Source: Chlorokybus atmophyticus (taxonomy: Eukaryota > Plantae > Mesostigma and Chlorokybus algae). From it: 64,000 bases of DNA. Made by a program: the position numbers and the translations under genes. Shown piece after piece: positions 28,484 to 41,753 of this stretch. Under the pieces are notes generated by a model that had not been told where the DNA came from, did no database searches, and saw nothing but the letters and a program-made list of their open reading frames with translations. Every line of letters begins with the position of its first letter. Position 1 is the first letter of the stretch. The stretch covers positions 791,537 to 855,536 of the forward strand of contig RHPI01001037.1 in NCBI GenBank assembly GCA_009103225.1, read 5' to 3'.

Positions 28484-31400
28484 ATGTCGCGTCACGGAGG
28501 CGGAGAGGGCTGGGCGTCGTCCAGGGAGTTCCTGGACCTGGTCAAGAGCATAGGGGAGTGCAAGAGCAAGAGCGAGGAGGATCGCATTATGGCCGTTGAG
28601 GTGGAGACGCTTAGGAAGCGCCTCGCGCAGCCCGACACGCCCAAGCGCCGCATGAAGGAGCTGCTGGTCCGCCTAGGATACGTTGAAATGCTGGGACACG
28701 ACGCCTCTTTCGGTTACATTCACGCTGTAAAGCTCGCCAACGATCCCTCCTTGATGCTGAAGAAGGTGTCAGTTGCCTCATAACGTAGATTGCGCATAGA
28801 GTGGTAGTGTACTTGGCGCAGCACACATGTCAGTGCTCAAGGTTAAAGTTCAAAGAGGTGTGCACACTCACTTCATACCCGATGAGCATGGACAATTGGC
28901 GCAGCACGCCATCATGGCCATGCAGATGCCTACGTAGCACACATTGATTTGGTCAATGTATCAACATGCAGCGTTGCATTCATGTCATACTTGACTGCAT
29001 GGGGACGCGGAGCAACTTAGCTGTGATTATGAATGACATAGCAGAGGTGCTGGTTTCTGCACACGGTTCAACGGTATCAGGTTCCAGCGACAGCAAGCTT
29101 GTGAGCATGCATGATTGTAAGTTTGCAAAACTGTGTTGGGTCACATTGCTTTGTTCATGGTTACACACATGCCCTAAGCCAGTATGTGCACTGCAGGTTG
29201 GGTATCTGGCGGTCACGCTGTTCTTGGATGAGAACCACGAGCTCATTATACTGATTCTCAACACAGTGCAGCGAGACTTGCGCTCAGACAACCATCTTAT
29301 TGTTTGTACGGCACTGAATGCAATATGCAAGCTGACCAATCCAGACACTATCCCTGCCGTGCTCCAGCCTGTTGTCGATCTGCTATCCCACCCAAAGGAG
29401 GTATGCGATCCGGTGCAGCCGTTGTTTGTTGTGCAGCTAGCGGCTTCTATGCATACCTCGCTGTTAATACTTCTCTTCTTGTGCTTTCTTTATGCAGGTT
29501 GTGAGGAAAAAGGCAGTCATGGCTCTTCAGCGATTCAATCAGAAGGCACCGCACTTGGTGACCCACTTGATACAAAGATTTCGACAAGCATTATGCGACA
29601 AGGATCCGTCTGTTATGGCTGCTGCGCTTTGCGCGCTACATGACCGAGTTGTCTTGGATCCTGCCTCCTACAAGAATCTTGTGCCTTCATTCGTAAGCAT
29701 CTTGAAGCAGATCATTGAGCACAGGCTTCCCAAGGCGTATGACTATCACCGCACACCTGCACCTTTCATTCAGGTATATTCATCGCAGCTCGTGTGTAAC
29801 AGGCGTGTCAGCGGCTGTTGGGTCATGCGTGTGCGCTGATATCTGTGTGCAGATCAAGCTGCTAAAGGTCCTCGCCATCCTGGGGGCATCTGACAAGCTG
29901 GCGAGCGAGAACATGTACGCTGTGCTGGCAGACGTTCTCCGCCGAGGCGATGTTGGTATCAATATTGGCAATGCCATTGTGTATGAGTGCGTGAGAACAA
30001 TTGCCAGCATATATCCCAATGGCAAATTACTCGAGGCTGGTGCGGAGGTGACTTCGCGGTTTCTTAAGAGTGATTCCCATAACCTCAAGTACATGGGCAT
30101 TGACGCTCTTGGTTTAATTGTAAAGATCAATCCATCGTTTGCCACAGAGCATCAGTTGGCCGTTATTGATTGCCTGGAGGTGAGTTTGCAAATGCCGTGA
30201 CTGGTGCTAAAAGAACTATTGCGACAGACAAGTTAGTGCTGTTACGCCCACTCATGTGTGGTGCTGCTGTCTGCAGGATCCTGATGAGACATTGCGACGC
30301 AAGACTCTAAACCTCTTATACCAAATGACCAAACCAAGCAATGTGGAAGTCATCGTGGAAAAGATGTTGACTTACATGCGAGGCACGTCAGATGCACATA
30401 TAAAAGTGGACATTGTAAATAAAGTCAACGAGCTCGCAGAGCGCTTCGCGCCCTCCAACCAGTGGTTCATTAAGGTAGGCCGCTCAAGACGCTTTTGTTT
30501 TTGTACAACAGTGGGACCACTGGCTGCATTGTTGTCTGTCTCGCCTGTTGCTCGCGCGTGGACTATGCTTGCTCAAAGTTGATGTATGCAGACCATGAAC
30601 ACTCTGTTTGAGCTTGGTGGTGACCTTGTCAAGCCAGAGGTTGCTCATAACTTGATGAGGCTGATCGCTGAAGGGTCTGGGGACAATGATGCTGAATCTG
30701 ACAGCGAATTGCGCACATCTGCGGTAACAAGAGCAGCAGCTTCTTGTGTGTTGAATGGCAAGTCAGTGCCCTGACATGACGACTGCGATGTGTTGGCAGG
30801 TTGATTCGTATCTGGAATTGCTGGACAAGCCGAAGTTGCCTAGCATCCTGCTGCAAGTGATATGTTGGGTGCTTGGGGAGTATGGGACGCTAATGGGGGT
30901 GCTGTCTGCCGAGGAGCTTGTGGTCAAACTTTGTGACATTGCGGACCTCTATGCTGCCGATGATACTGTCAAGGTATGCCACGTGCTGTGCATAGCATCA
31001 AATGTTGAGGTATACGTTTCTACAAGTTGATTAGCAAGTGTATATGCTGTGCGTGTTTGGCAAGCAACAAGTTGTCACACAGGGGCGTGTTTGCATTGCA
31101 TGCTGACTGAGACAGGGATGCAGGGGTATGTCATAACTGCCATAACAAAGGTCTACGCCCAGCAACTGGCGGCTGGGAAAAAGCTGCGGTTGAGTCATGC
31201 GGTAAGTGTTTAGTTAATTGTGTGATCTCAGAATGCATCTAATGCAAGCAAGCGCTGCAGGCGCTCTCTCTGGTTCGGCAGCTAGAAGGCTGCTTGTCTA
31301 CGGACTTGCAGCAAAGGGCATATGAGCTGCAGGCGCTTACAGCGGCAGGTGACACGCTGGCACGAGTGTTGCCTGCAGACGCGAGCTCTGAGGACATTCA

Positions 31401-32536
31401 GGTGAGTACAGTCATGCCATGTGTCTGCTACTATATCGTCTTTCGACAGCGCTAAGTTGTATGCCGCACACTTGCAGGTTGATCAAGGCCTCTCATTCTT
31501 GAACGGCTATGTGCAAGCTGCTTTGCAAAGAGGTGCTCAGCCGTATGTGCCTTTGGCACAAAGACAGCCAGCGTCATATCGCCGCGCCGCAGAACCGTCA
31601 CATGCAGCTGAACATGCTTTGCGATTTGAAGCCTATGAGAACCCAATGGAAGTTGCTGCGGCTGCCCATGCAGCTGCGGCTGCCGCGTCTGCTATGGCAG
31701 CCATTTCTTCCATGCGGGATGGAGGATTGGATGCATTGGCAACAGCGCAAACACAGCGAAGCAGTTGGGAGGTTGCGCCAGCACAGGATGCTTCGACAAG
31801 TGGTAGCTCGGGGCTTCGGCTACAAGGCGTTCAACGCAGATGGGGTCCAGAGACCTTCAGTTCCTCCGCAAACGCTGCCTCAACATCTTCTGCAACAAGC
31901 TCGCGACCATCCAGCAGCGATGCACCAAAGCCAACTGTTGTCACCCCGACCCAGTCATCCAGGCCTGCCTCACGGCCGATTGAGAAAACAGCTGAGCAGT
32001 TGGAGAGAGAGCGACTGGCAGCATCATTGTTTGGGGGCGGTGGGAGCAAACCTGCAGAGCCCAGTAGAACAACAAAACCGCGCGCGGCTGCCAAACCCAC
32101 AGTCGCTGCCAAGCCCGCCCCTGTCAGATCAGACATGGACTTCCTAATGGACCTCAGCGACACCACCCCAGCGCAATCCTCCGCTAGCAGCAGCTCCGCG
32201 CTGGCTGATCCCTTTCAGCAGCTTGCTGGGCTATCCCTTGCTCCAACAACTGCAGCTCCTGTTTCCCCACCCGAAACACGTGCTGCGACCAACTCAATGG
32301 ACTTGAGCGCATTATACGGGCTTGCTGCAGGACCTCCCGCACATGTCATGGGTGGCTTAGCAGTACCTACTGGCATGAGTGTCAGCACAGCTTCCAAGGC
32401 ACCCGGTGTCTCAACAGCCAACCCGCGGAGTCCGCTTCAACGGCCACCTGCAGGTGCGGCAGCACAACAAAGCCCCACACCCTCGCAACAGAAGGCTGCT
32501 AGCAATGGGTTGTTTGACGATTTGTTGAAATTGTAA
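28484..32536 (+). CDS. AP4E1: AP-4 adaptor complex epsilon subunit
   Basis: SREFLDLVKSIGECKSKSEEDRI; YVEMLGHDASFGYIHAVK; GYLAVTLFLDENHELIILILNTVQRDL; YDYHRTPAPFIQ; GNAIVYECVRT; DPDETLRRKTL; LAERFAPSNQWFI; LRFEAYE; long disordered tail without an ear domain. Confidence 0.96.
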
Positions 32537-33537
32537 TGCTGATTGGCTTGCTGTTGTGTCTTGATGGAACGCTACGGCCAGCAGGTGACGGCTTATGCCA
32601 TTGGCATGCATGTCAGCTCTTTGCTGTCGCAACATATGTTTGTATAAACCATGCAAGCGAGTTTGTGTCCTGATGCTCATGGCGTCAACAGTGGTGTGTA
32701 GAGTAAATGCAGTGAGATGATGTGTAACATACATTGTGCGTACAATCGCTGCTGTAGTCTGACCACCTGATCACATGGCTTGTACACACGGCAATGTGTC
32801 TTAATTCGCGCGCATGCTATTCGCATCTACATCGTTATTTGCTTTGCGCACCATGGCACATAAGTGAATTTCATGGTGCTGTGCTTGAGTGTCTCCGCGT
32901 CAGTTTTGCCTATGTATAGCGATTTTTATTGGCTCACAATGTAATGGGAAGGTACAATAGATTACCACAAATCGACCATAAAAGCACCAAGTCTTTTGCG
33001 GTCGAGTGGGCTGTGACACACAAGGTGGTTTCGATTATAGGTCGGATTGAGAGTTTGTGGTCACATCTTGAGATGTTGATAAATTGATGAATCATTTAAT
33101 GCAAGGTGAACAATTTACCCCATCGTATCAGATCTATCTCAATCTCCATGATTATCTATCTCCATGATAACCAAATGTCCTTTATAAAGAGCAAGTTTGA
33201 ACAATCAGTCGTGCTTTATTTTACAATAGTCTTCGGAGTTGCATAAACAAGTAATGTACGACATCAACACAAACACAGCATCGTATGCTCCGTTGAATGC
33301 TATGATTTGTATTATTCCATCGTAAACTATTGACGCATGCTGCTTATACTGCTTATGATAAGTGAGTGTTAATGCTACACCAATTATGACATGCATTTCA
33401 TTACTACGTGGTATTAAAGCATGCTCAATCATCATATCATTCCACTTGCAATTTGTAAATTGTAAGATGCATGAATGATACAATACATGCATATTGTGTA
33501 GATTTTGGCCTCTCTGCTATGAAGCGGGACTACTATG

Positions 33538-34343
33538 GGTTGGCTACACTGTTTTATGAAGTGGCACGATTGATGACATGAAGGTGCACTGAAGTTGCTA
33601 AAAGATGTTGAGAAAATTGATGGCTTTCGGCGGTATCATAATGTGGCCACCATGCGTGCTGCCACGAAGTATGCCATGCCTGCCATCATGCGAGATGGGT
33701 TGCTTATTTAATGAAATGTAGGTGAAACTTTGATACCTTACAATCTGATGGCCGGCACGACCATGAGGTTGTAAGTGTAGTGTAAAGATGTACATGTAAA
33801 GAGTGCTAACCATGAACAGAAGCACATAACAATGGTGCTTGGGTGTGCGGCTAATGGTTCCAAGTTGCTACTAGTTATTACATTCAACAGGGCCACAAAA
33901 CCTCAAGCCAATAGGGGTCCTTGTGTGGGCCTATTCAAAGTGATGGATAAATGCTTGTTGCAGTTGTACAGTAAAGAGGCGTTAAAACTTTCAACGCATG
34001 TTCGTACATAGCATGTAAAGCGCCATACACAAGTGGGTATTAGTACCCAAATTTGCCGTCTACACAAATGTCATTGATAATGTGCGCTCATTATGCTTGT
34101 GTGTGTGTATGTGTGTGAAAGACTTTAAATTCTTGACAATGCGCGCTGCTCGCGTGGGATAGCTTCAATGTTCACTTCAAGTGAGCACTGAAGCTATCCC
34201 TTAATCCTTGATGCTGTTGCACAAGTTGTGCGACAGCATTGAAAATGATGCTGTGCATGCATGCATTGATATGTACGGACATTTTCAATGGCCTAACATT
34301 GATTATCCAACCTCTAGACGTGTTCACCAACAAGCCTTTCAAG
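33538..34343 (+). mobile_element. Heavily decayed pogo-superfamily (Passer/pogoR-like) transposase remnant
   Basis: Motifs in order across stops and frameshifts: GWLHCFMK (33538, CENP-B HTH end); NVGET (33715, first catalytic Asp lost); KSANHEQKHITMVLGCAANGSKL (33799); LLAWDSFNVH (34146); GLTLIIQPLDVFTNKPFK (ends 34343). Element ends not identified. Confidence 0.8.
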
Positions 34344-34901
34344 CCTAGCACAAAGCCTTGAAAGGCTTTGTTGCGTGCTCGCAATTGAGGTTAGAAAAGT
34401 GAATTAGGATGGAGGCTAAAAGATCATCAACCGGGTCATTCCGCGATGCCACGATATGATGTTTGGATGGTATGTAAGGCATGTATTTAATAAAGTACAT
34501 CACAGTGTGATATCTGTGTGAGGACTTATTATACCATGTTTGACAAACACGCATTGAAGTCGATGTTCGAGTAAACTCGCCCATGAACATGTTCGCAGTA
34601 GCATAAGTGGTAATTCATGATTAAGATCATATGATCTCCTTTTATTGCGTTGAGATTGACCAAATAAAGTAACACCACAAAGACCACAGCATTCAATATC
34701 TTTGATGAACATGTGTTGTTCTTGAATTTATATGGAAACTTGTTGAGTTGAATGGATCCAAGAAGAATTGCTAACATCAACAATGTGCATAGCTCACAAG
34801 TTATGTGCTCATTTGAAGACCACCACATGCTCAAAATTCATAGCTTGCAATAAACTTTCGCCACAAAAGTAGCCTATAATGCCACCACCACAAGTCGCCC
34901 C

Positions 34902-35408
34902 NNNNNNNNNNNNNNNNNNNNNNNNNNNNNNNNNNNNNNNNNNNNNNNNNNNNNNNNNNNNNNNNNNNNNNNNNNNNNNNNNNNNNNNNNNNNNNNNNNN
35001 NNNNNNNNNNNNNNNNNNNNNNNNNNNNNNNNNNNNNNNNNNNNNNNNNNNNNNNNNNNNNNNNNNNNNNNNNNNNNNNNNNNNNNNNNNNNNNNNNNNN
35101 NNNNNNNNNNNNNNNNNNNNNNNNNNNNNNNNNNNNNNNNNNNNNNNNNNNNNNNNNNNNNNNNNNNNNNNNNNNNNNNNNNNNNNNNNNNNNNNNNNNN
35201 NNNNNNNNNNNNNNNNNNNNNNNNNNNNNNNNNNNNNNNNNNNNNNNNNNNNNNNNNNNNNNNNNNNNNNNNNNNNNNNNNNNNNNNNNNNNNNNNNNNN
35301 NNNNNNNNNNNNNNNNNNNNNNNNNNNNNNNNNNNNNNNNNNNNNNNNNNNNNNNNNNNNNNNNNNNNNNNNNNNNNNNNNNNNNNNNNNNNNNNNNNNN
35401 NNNNNNNN
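34902..35408. other. Assembly gap (N)
   Basis: N run. Confidence 1.
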
Positions 35409-35689
35409 CCACCACGCCCTCGCCCACACCCTATGATGGAGCCGCCCGCCGACTTGTGCCCACTCGAAAAACCCCATATGAATCATAAAGGTTTTAAGAT
35501 CGACATATGAAGTATGCCTGTCACAGTACTAATAATTCGTGTACATCAATGATCATGCTAGAATGCATTACAAAATAACAGAAGCTCAATTGATCGATTT
35601 GTTCAACTATGATTTGAATTACCAATCACCCCTCGTGTTTTAAATTGCAATTAAGATTTAATGCAATGCTGCTATTGGTTCAAGCATAT

Positions 35690-36000
35690 CACTATCACTA
35701 TCATCACCACAATCACTACAATTATCACTATTGAAACCACATCCCTGTTGCAATTGTCATTATTGCGATCACTACCATTACCACTACCACTACAACTTTT
35801 ACTATTAATGTCCTTACCTTAAGCCTTATCCATACTATTATCAGCACCACTACCACTATTACTACATCTATCACGATCATTACCACTATCACTATAAGTT
35901 CAATCATATCACTGTCACAATCTCTATCATTACCACTATCACTACAACTATTACTATAAATGTCCCTACCTGAAGCCCTACCCCTATTACTATCACTATC
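35690..36000. repeat. Low-complexity (ACT/ATC/ACC)n tract with an internal degenerate duplication
   Basis: Runs of actatc/accact; near-duplicate blocks actacaact.t.actat.aatgtcc.tacct.aagcc.ta at ~35790 and ~35940. Confidence 0.7.
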
Positions 36001-36318
36001 AATAACATCCACCGACTAGTAGGGTACCACGCGGAATGGGATAACTTGGCGCACACACACAAAATGGCAACTGCCGCAATGGGGCAACCTTGTGGAAATG
36101 CCCAAATGCAAACAATGTATCGTCATAGTCGACGATGACTGAATTGGCAAGATAGATGCGACGCCGACAAAGTTGAACACCTTTTAACGTTGACAGCCCA
36201 AACATATTGTGGTGCAAGTGTGTGCTTTGTAATATGATGCATCATAGTACATTTGACATATGTTAAAGTGCTGACTTGAGCAACACAGTTCTTTATGTGG
36301 ATGGCAGATGTCAGCTAG

Positions 36319-36690
36319 CACACCTTCACTCGGGTGGGCATTAGTACATGAAGCAGAGTTGTGCAAGTGGGTGCGCAGAAGCTTGGAAAAGATTATGGCT
36401 TAGCCAATGATGAATACATTTATCATACGTGGTTTAAGTTGTCCAACGAATCGCAGCTAAAGATCGCGCCGTTGAGGAGCACAAGCAGGGGGTCGCAGAG
36501 GAGGTGGATAAGCTCCTACCCCTTAAGGAGCTGCCCTTTCAAGAGCAATAACAGTTGGAGGATGAAGATGACGAGCGCGCACAGCGTATGGACAAGGAGA
36601 GGAGGCCTTTAAGTTTGCATTAGATGTTTAAGATTGTGAAAAGGTGCAAGCGAGTGCCGCACTGACTCAGACAGTGAGGGCTACACATTG
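36319..36690 (+). mobile_element. Possible C-terminal fragment of a pogo-type transposase
   Basis: HTFTRVG then (frameshift) ELCKWVRRSLEKI...NTFIIRGLS followed by acidic E/D-rich codons, resembling the post-catalytic region of pogo transposases. Confidence 0.45.
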
Positions 36691-37478
36691 AAGGTTAGAT
36701 GTGCAGTATTGTGTTGCCATTGTAAACACCTTTGCTTGAGCTTCATTATGCTTTCATACATTGTAACGGTTGTGTTTTAACATTTTGTATACGTACATGC
36801 GTTTATCTATTGCACGTGCGTTGCACATATACATAAATTTGCTTATGTGAAAAATGGCTCGCGAAAGTTTCTTTAGGAGGGGGGGGGGGGGGGGGGGNTG
36901 GTATTTCACCCCAAGCAAACTACAGCTCGAGTTCGCAGGCTGCAAGTTATGAAGTTGCGACAAAAGCCTAGCTATTGGCAGGACCCCTTGCTTGGTAGGC
37001 GTCAATGCTAATGATTGGCAAGATACCCCTTGCGAGGCTTGGGGTTATTTTACGCAAAGACACGGACCAGAGCCGGCCTGAGAGTTTGGGGCCACGTATG
37101 TGCCGACGTTTCATCCAGTGGCGAAGCGACGGTGCAGAACAGAGGAGTGACAACCATCGACAGCTACGACGCTCATCTAGGCCACGATACCACACCGACG
37201 ACGCTACGGCGACCACGCTGCAGGGGCAACGTGGTTCTAAGATCTTATCCGTTTAGTGTCCCAGTCAGCGAAGGTATCGCCAATGTCGGTGGTCGGCAGA
37301 GATCGAGGTCACGCCGACAATTAGGGTTCTCTGCGGTCTGTCGTGATGGCGGGTAAACGCGAGAGATGAGACGCGCACTGCGAAGCACAGGCGATCTGCG
37401 CTGCCGGGCAATAGGCTGCGCTTGCTATCGGCGGCGGAAAGCGCCAGCTGGCGCCAGGTGCATGCTGCTGCTGGCGGG

Positions 37479-37510
<32 letters not shown>

Positions 37511-37719
37511 CAAGGGGTTGGCGGCGGGGCGGATTGGGGCAGGATTATCGTGGGGCGGCTGTGCGGAGGTGGACAGCGATCTGGGACGCCGGGTTAGGGG
37601 CAGTGCTGGGGAGCCAGGCGGTCGGTTCAGGTGGTTGTGATCCAGCGTGTGTTAGCTGCTGAGGTTGGGTAGCGCCCCTCAGCAGCAACTGCTGCTTGCT
37701 GTGCTACCCTGTTTGTAGC

Positions 37720-40700
37720 ATGAAGGCGGCTGCTCTACAGCCGGTGCAGCTGCAACCTTCCGTGAGGAATGTGCACAATTGGCAAGCGCAGCGTCGTGTG
37801 CCGGCTGCCTGCCCTGCGGCGGTCGCTGGCGCCCGTCAGCCACGCTGGGGCTCTTCTTACACGACAGATGGCCGGGACACAGGCTGTGCCTCGACATCAT
37901 ACGGTAGCTCGGTGTCCTTTGCTGTGAGTAGACCTTCGCCTTCTGCCGCACTCAACTACGGCCTCACCTCCCATCACCACCCATCAGGCCTCAGCAGGGG
38001 TTCCAGTCCACTTGGCGGCCCTACCTTTTTGCACTCTTGTTTGCACTTGCCCGCTGCCAGAAGACGGCTGAGATGTCGACTGCTGAGGAGGCCGCAAGCA
38101 GCCTACACTGCGGTCTCAGCCTCTGGTGCGGTCTATCTCTTAATTGCACAGTGTGAATGTTAGGTGTGTGCATCGCATGAGTCCAGCACAAGCTCGCATT
38201 CTTAGTATTTGCTGCCTTGACATCTGCCCAGCTGCATATGCTCTCTAGCTCTTGCAGGAATGCCCTGGCCGTGCCTGCTGAGACGTTTACCGTGCGCGTA
38301 TTAGCTACTACAAGCAGCATCGTGATGACTTATTGACTTGCATTGCCATACCTTAGGTGCATTGATAGACAGCTTGCATGGTGTCAGGTGAGCGCTGTGA
38401 GGTGTTGCCGCAGTGCTTCCTACATGCTTTGGAACAAACGCAACAATGCGCCTCTTACCCCTATGCTGTTAAAGTTTTTTAGACTCTTGAGTTGTGTCAG
38501 TTCAACTTGCCATGTCTTGCAGAGGTAGCACAGAGGTATAGGGCATGCATGTTCGCACACAGGCACTTAACATGAAGTTGACTGTGTTTTTACTGAACAA
38601 CATTTCGCAGGTCAAGATGGCTTGTCAGAAGACCTGACAGAAGAAGTAGCATCTCAGATTGCGGCTGCCAACTCCGCAGTGTTTAGGCGTTTGGCTCGCA
38701 CGCTTGAAAGGACCTGGCAGAAAGCCAAGTCCTCAGGGTTTTTGGCGCTTTGCCGGAAGGTTGCCCCATTGGCATTGCTTTTCTTCTGTGCTTCTTTTAA
38801 TTATTCATTGTTGCGCGACACAAAGGTACAGTTGCCTAGACAGCAGCCACAGTGTGCATGCGGTGTGCAGGTGCATTCGGCGATCCTGGGGCGCTTTACC
38901 TGTGCATCATAGTGTTTGATGTGCGTTGCTTTGCCAGGATGCGCTTGTGATTACTGCAAGGGGTGGCGGAGTGGAGCAAGTTCCTTTCCTCACTACTTAT
39001 TTTGTGCTTCCCCTGTCGGTATATAGCATACTCAACAACAGACCGCACTATCGGCATTATGCATGCCCATAGTGCATACAGCTCACAATCTGGAGGCGTG
39101 GTAAATTACCTCTGCTAATAAACAGCATGTGCTGCCAAAGGTGTCTTACATGCATTGCAACATGCAGGTGCTTTATGTCATGTGGTATTCTTGGCTGTGC
39201 TCCAGTCTGCCATCCCATTTGGTCTTCTATGCGGCGATCACCCCCTTCCTGCTTTATTTTGGCTTATTCGTTACAGTGCTCTACCCCATGCAGGTATTCC
39301 CTCAGTAAACCATCAGTCCTGATGTCACTTGTCCTGGTTCATTGCTAGTCGCACGCTTGAGGTTGACAGTGTGGCGTGCGTTGCAGGGTGTGCTGCATCC
39401 ACATCAGCTGGCGGATCGGTTGTTAACGATTGTGCCGCCTGGTTTCCATGGGCTTGTCTCAATTCTCCGCAACTGGTGAGCCTTGCAAAGCAGTTAGGCA
39501 TTCCCTGTGCTGTTGAGTTTGTTGTGCCTGATAGACCAGCTGGTCCTGTGCAGGACTTTCTCCTTGTTTTACATTACTGGCGAGCTCTGGGGCGGAGTAG
39601 TCATCTCCCTACTTTTCTGGGGGTAGGTGGTCGTGTCACACAGCTGAGCTTGCAACTTCTCAGGAGTTAAGCAAACCTAGTCTAGTAATAGATGACTGGC
39701 TATGTCCGCCTCTCAAGTCATTGTAAGACAGATGTCCGCCTGTGCATGGCTTGACTCAATTATGTTAAGGCCACAGCTCGTGACGAAACGCTTGGCCGTT
39801 TAGTGTTCAAGGTTTTCAAGTCAACCATTGACGAGACATAGGAGGGGTTAGTACTGTAGTGGGTTGCTGGGTAGTGCCTACAAGAGTAGTGTGTCAAGCA
39901 GCCACGGAGCAGTATCAGCTGGTGTCATATAGGTCTTGACCTGCTCATTTGCAGGCTTGCGAATGAAGTATGCACCATGGAGGAAGCCCGCACGGTGTAT
40001 CCGCTTCTGGGGATATCTGCTAACGTGAGTGGGCTTGATATTGCAGTCTCTTAATGTACATGCTCGGCAGAGGCCTGAGTGTGTAGGCTGGTATAAGCGT
40101 TATTGGTGATTCATTCATTTTTGTCGGCACGCTGCGGGTTGGGCACATTGGGTCATTGCACAAGGTGCCTACCCTATGCACGCTGTCCTGTTGACATCAT
40201 TGGTTGGCTCTGCTGTATAGATTGCGCTTGTGGTAGCTGGGCGCTTCTTGAAAAACATTGCACGCATGCGTGGTTCCCTAGCCTCGGCAATCTCCTCAGA
40301 AGTTGCATGGGGAAGATCTCTGCGGATTTTGGTTGGTGAGTCTTGTGTCTATTGCTCACATGGGGTTGCGGACCATGCAGATCAGAAGCTGAGGATTGGC
40401 TGTGTGCAGGGGCTATTATGGCAGGCAGTGCAGTCATGTGCGCCACTCATTACTACATTCAGCGGCAGCTTGTGGTGAGAGCTGTTGATGTCACTGTTGC
40501 TGGCGAGTGTCTTTATCCATTGCCAATATGGTTGTGCATCCTACGCAGCCCAGCAGGGAAGCTGAGGCTAAAAAGGTGAGCACTTCCAAGAAGTCAAAAC
40601 CCAAGCTGTCCTTCAAGGAGAGCTTTAGCGTTCTAGTAGACTCGCCACAGATCCGCAACCTGGCTCTTGTGGTGGTTGCATACGGCGTCAGCACCAGTTT

Positions 40701-41753
40701 GTTTGACGTCTCCTGGAAGCATCAGTTGAGGCAGCTGTACCGCACACCGCAAGCATACGGCGGCGTTCTTGCAGAGGTAGGGGTGCTTGCTTTGGCCACC
40801 CTGTCGTTGGTAATGGTGCCTGGTATCACGCTGTACTGACATGGTCCTTTCGTTGCAGGTGTCAACAGCCACAGGCGTGTTGACCATCTGCTCCATGCTC
40901 CTTAGTCGGTTTGTCTTCAGCTGGTTTGGCTGGGGGGTTGCAGCGGCTGCAACACCTACAGTCATGATGCTAACAGGTCTGTGTGAGCGCAGACACACGT
41001 GGGCACACTTTGTTTGGCGTGCAGTGTATACCACATTTGTTGAGTAACTTAAACCATCCCTGCTACCACAGGCGCGGTATTTTTCATGTTGTCCATGGCT
41101 GCGCCCTCCGCGGGCGCTCTTGCAACAGCAGTCACAGCTGGCGCCGTGCAGCAGGCACTTGCCAAGGCTGCAAAATATTCGTTGTTTGACCCTGCCAAGG
41201 AAATGGTGTTTATTTCCCTGAACAAGTAAATAATCTGCGTGGCATGCAATTGCTCCCCATTAAGGTTTTGCTGCTTAATGATAGGGTCAGTCCTCTCCTT
41301 TGCTATTTGTACTGATCCATTCGCTTGCATTGGCAGGGAGGACAAAACAAAGGGCAAGGCTGCAGTTGATTTGGTAGGCTCACAACTCGGCAAGTCAGGC
41401 GGGTCTTGGATCACACAGGCCTTGCTGCTTGGTGTTGGCTCGCTTTCAACTTCGCTCCCAGTCATTGCTGGGGTACGTGTACTGCTGTGTTCGTCACTTT
41501 GACTGCAGGAACGTGCGTGTTTAGACGTTTGCATATTCCTGATGGGTGTTCACTGCAGGTCTATGGGATCGTGATACTCCTCTGGTTGAACGCTGCTCGC
41601 GAACTGCACATGCTCCTGATGAACCCGCCTGCTTCGGCCGAAGAGTTGGCTGCCCAAGGTGCAGACGGGTCTCACAGCCCACTGCGACCTCCTGTCCAAC
41701 CCGACCATGACCGCGGACATGACAAGATGAGTCCGTCCAGGGTGGGCGCTTAA
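37720..41753 (+). CDS. Plastid-type ATP/ADP transporter (NTT/AATP, TLC family), divergent
   Basis: Transit-peptide-like N-terminus; FFCASFNYSLLRDTKD; ELWGGVVISLLFWGLANEV; YPLLGISAN; SWKHQL; AKYSLFDPAKEM; KGKAAVDLVGSQLGKSGGS; many exons with consensus splice sites. Confidence 0.92.

Noticed and set aside
34809-35486. Long ORFs spanning N runs (also at 19.2-19.8 kb and 50.0-51.1 kb)
   Set aside because: Open only because N codons hide stops.
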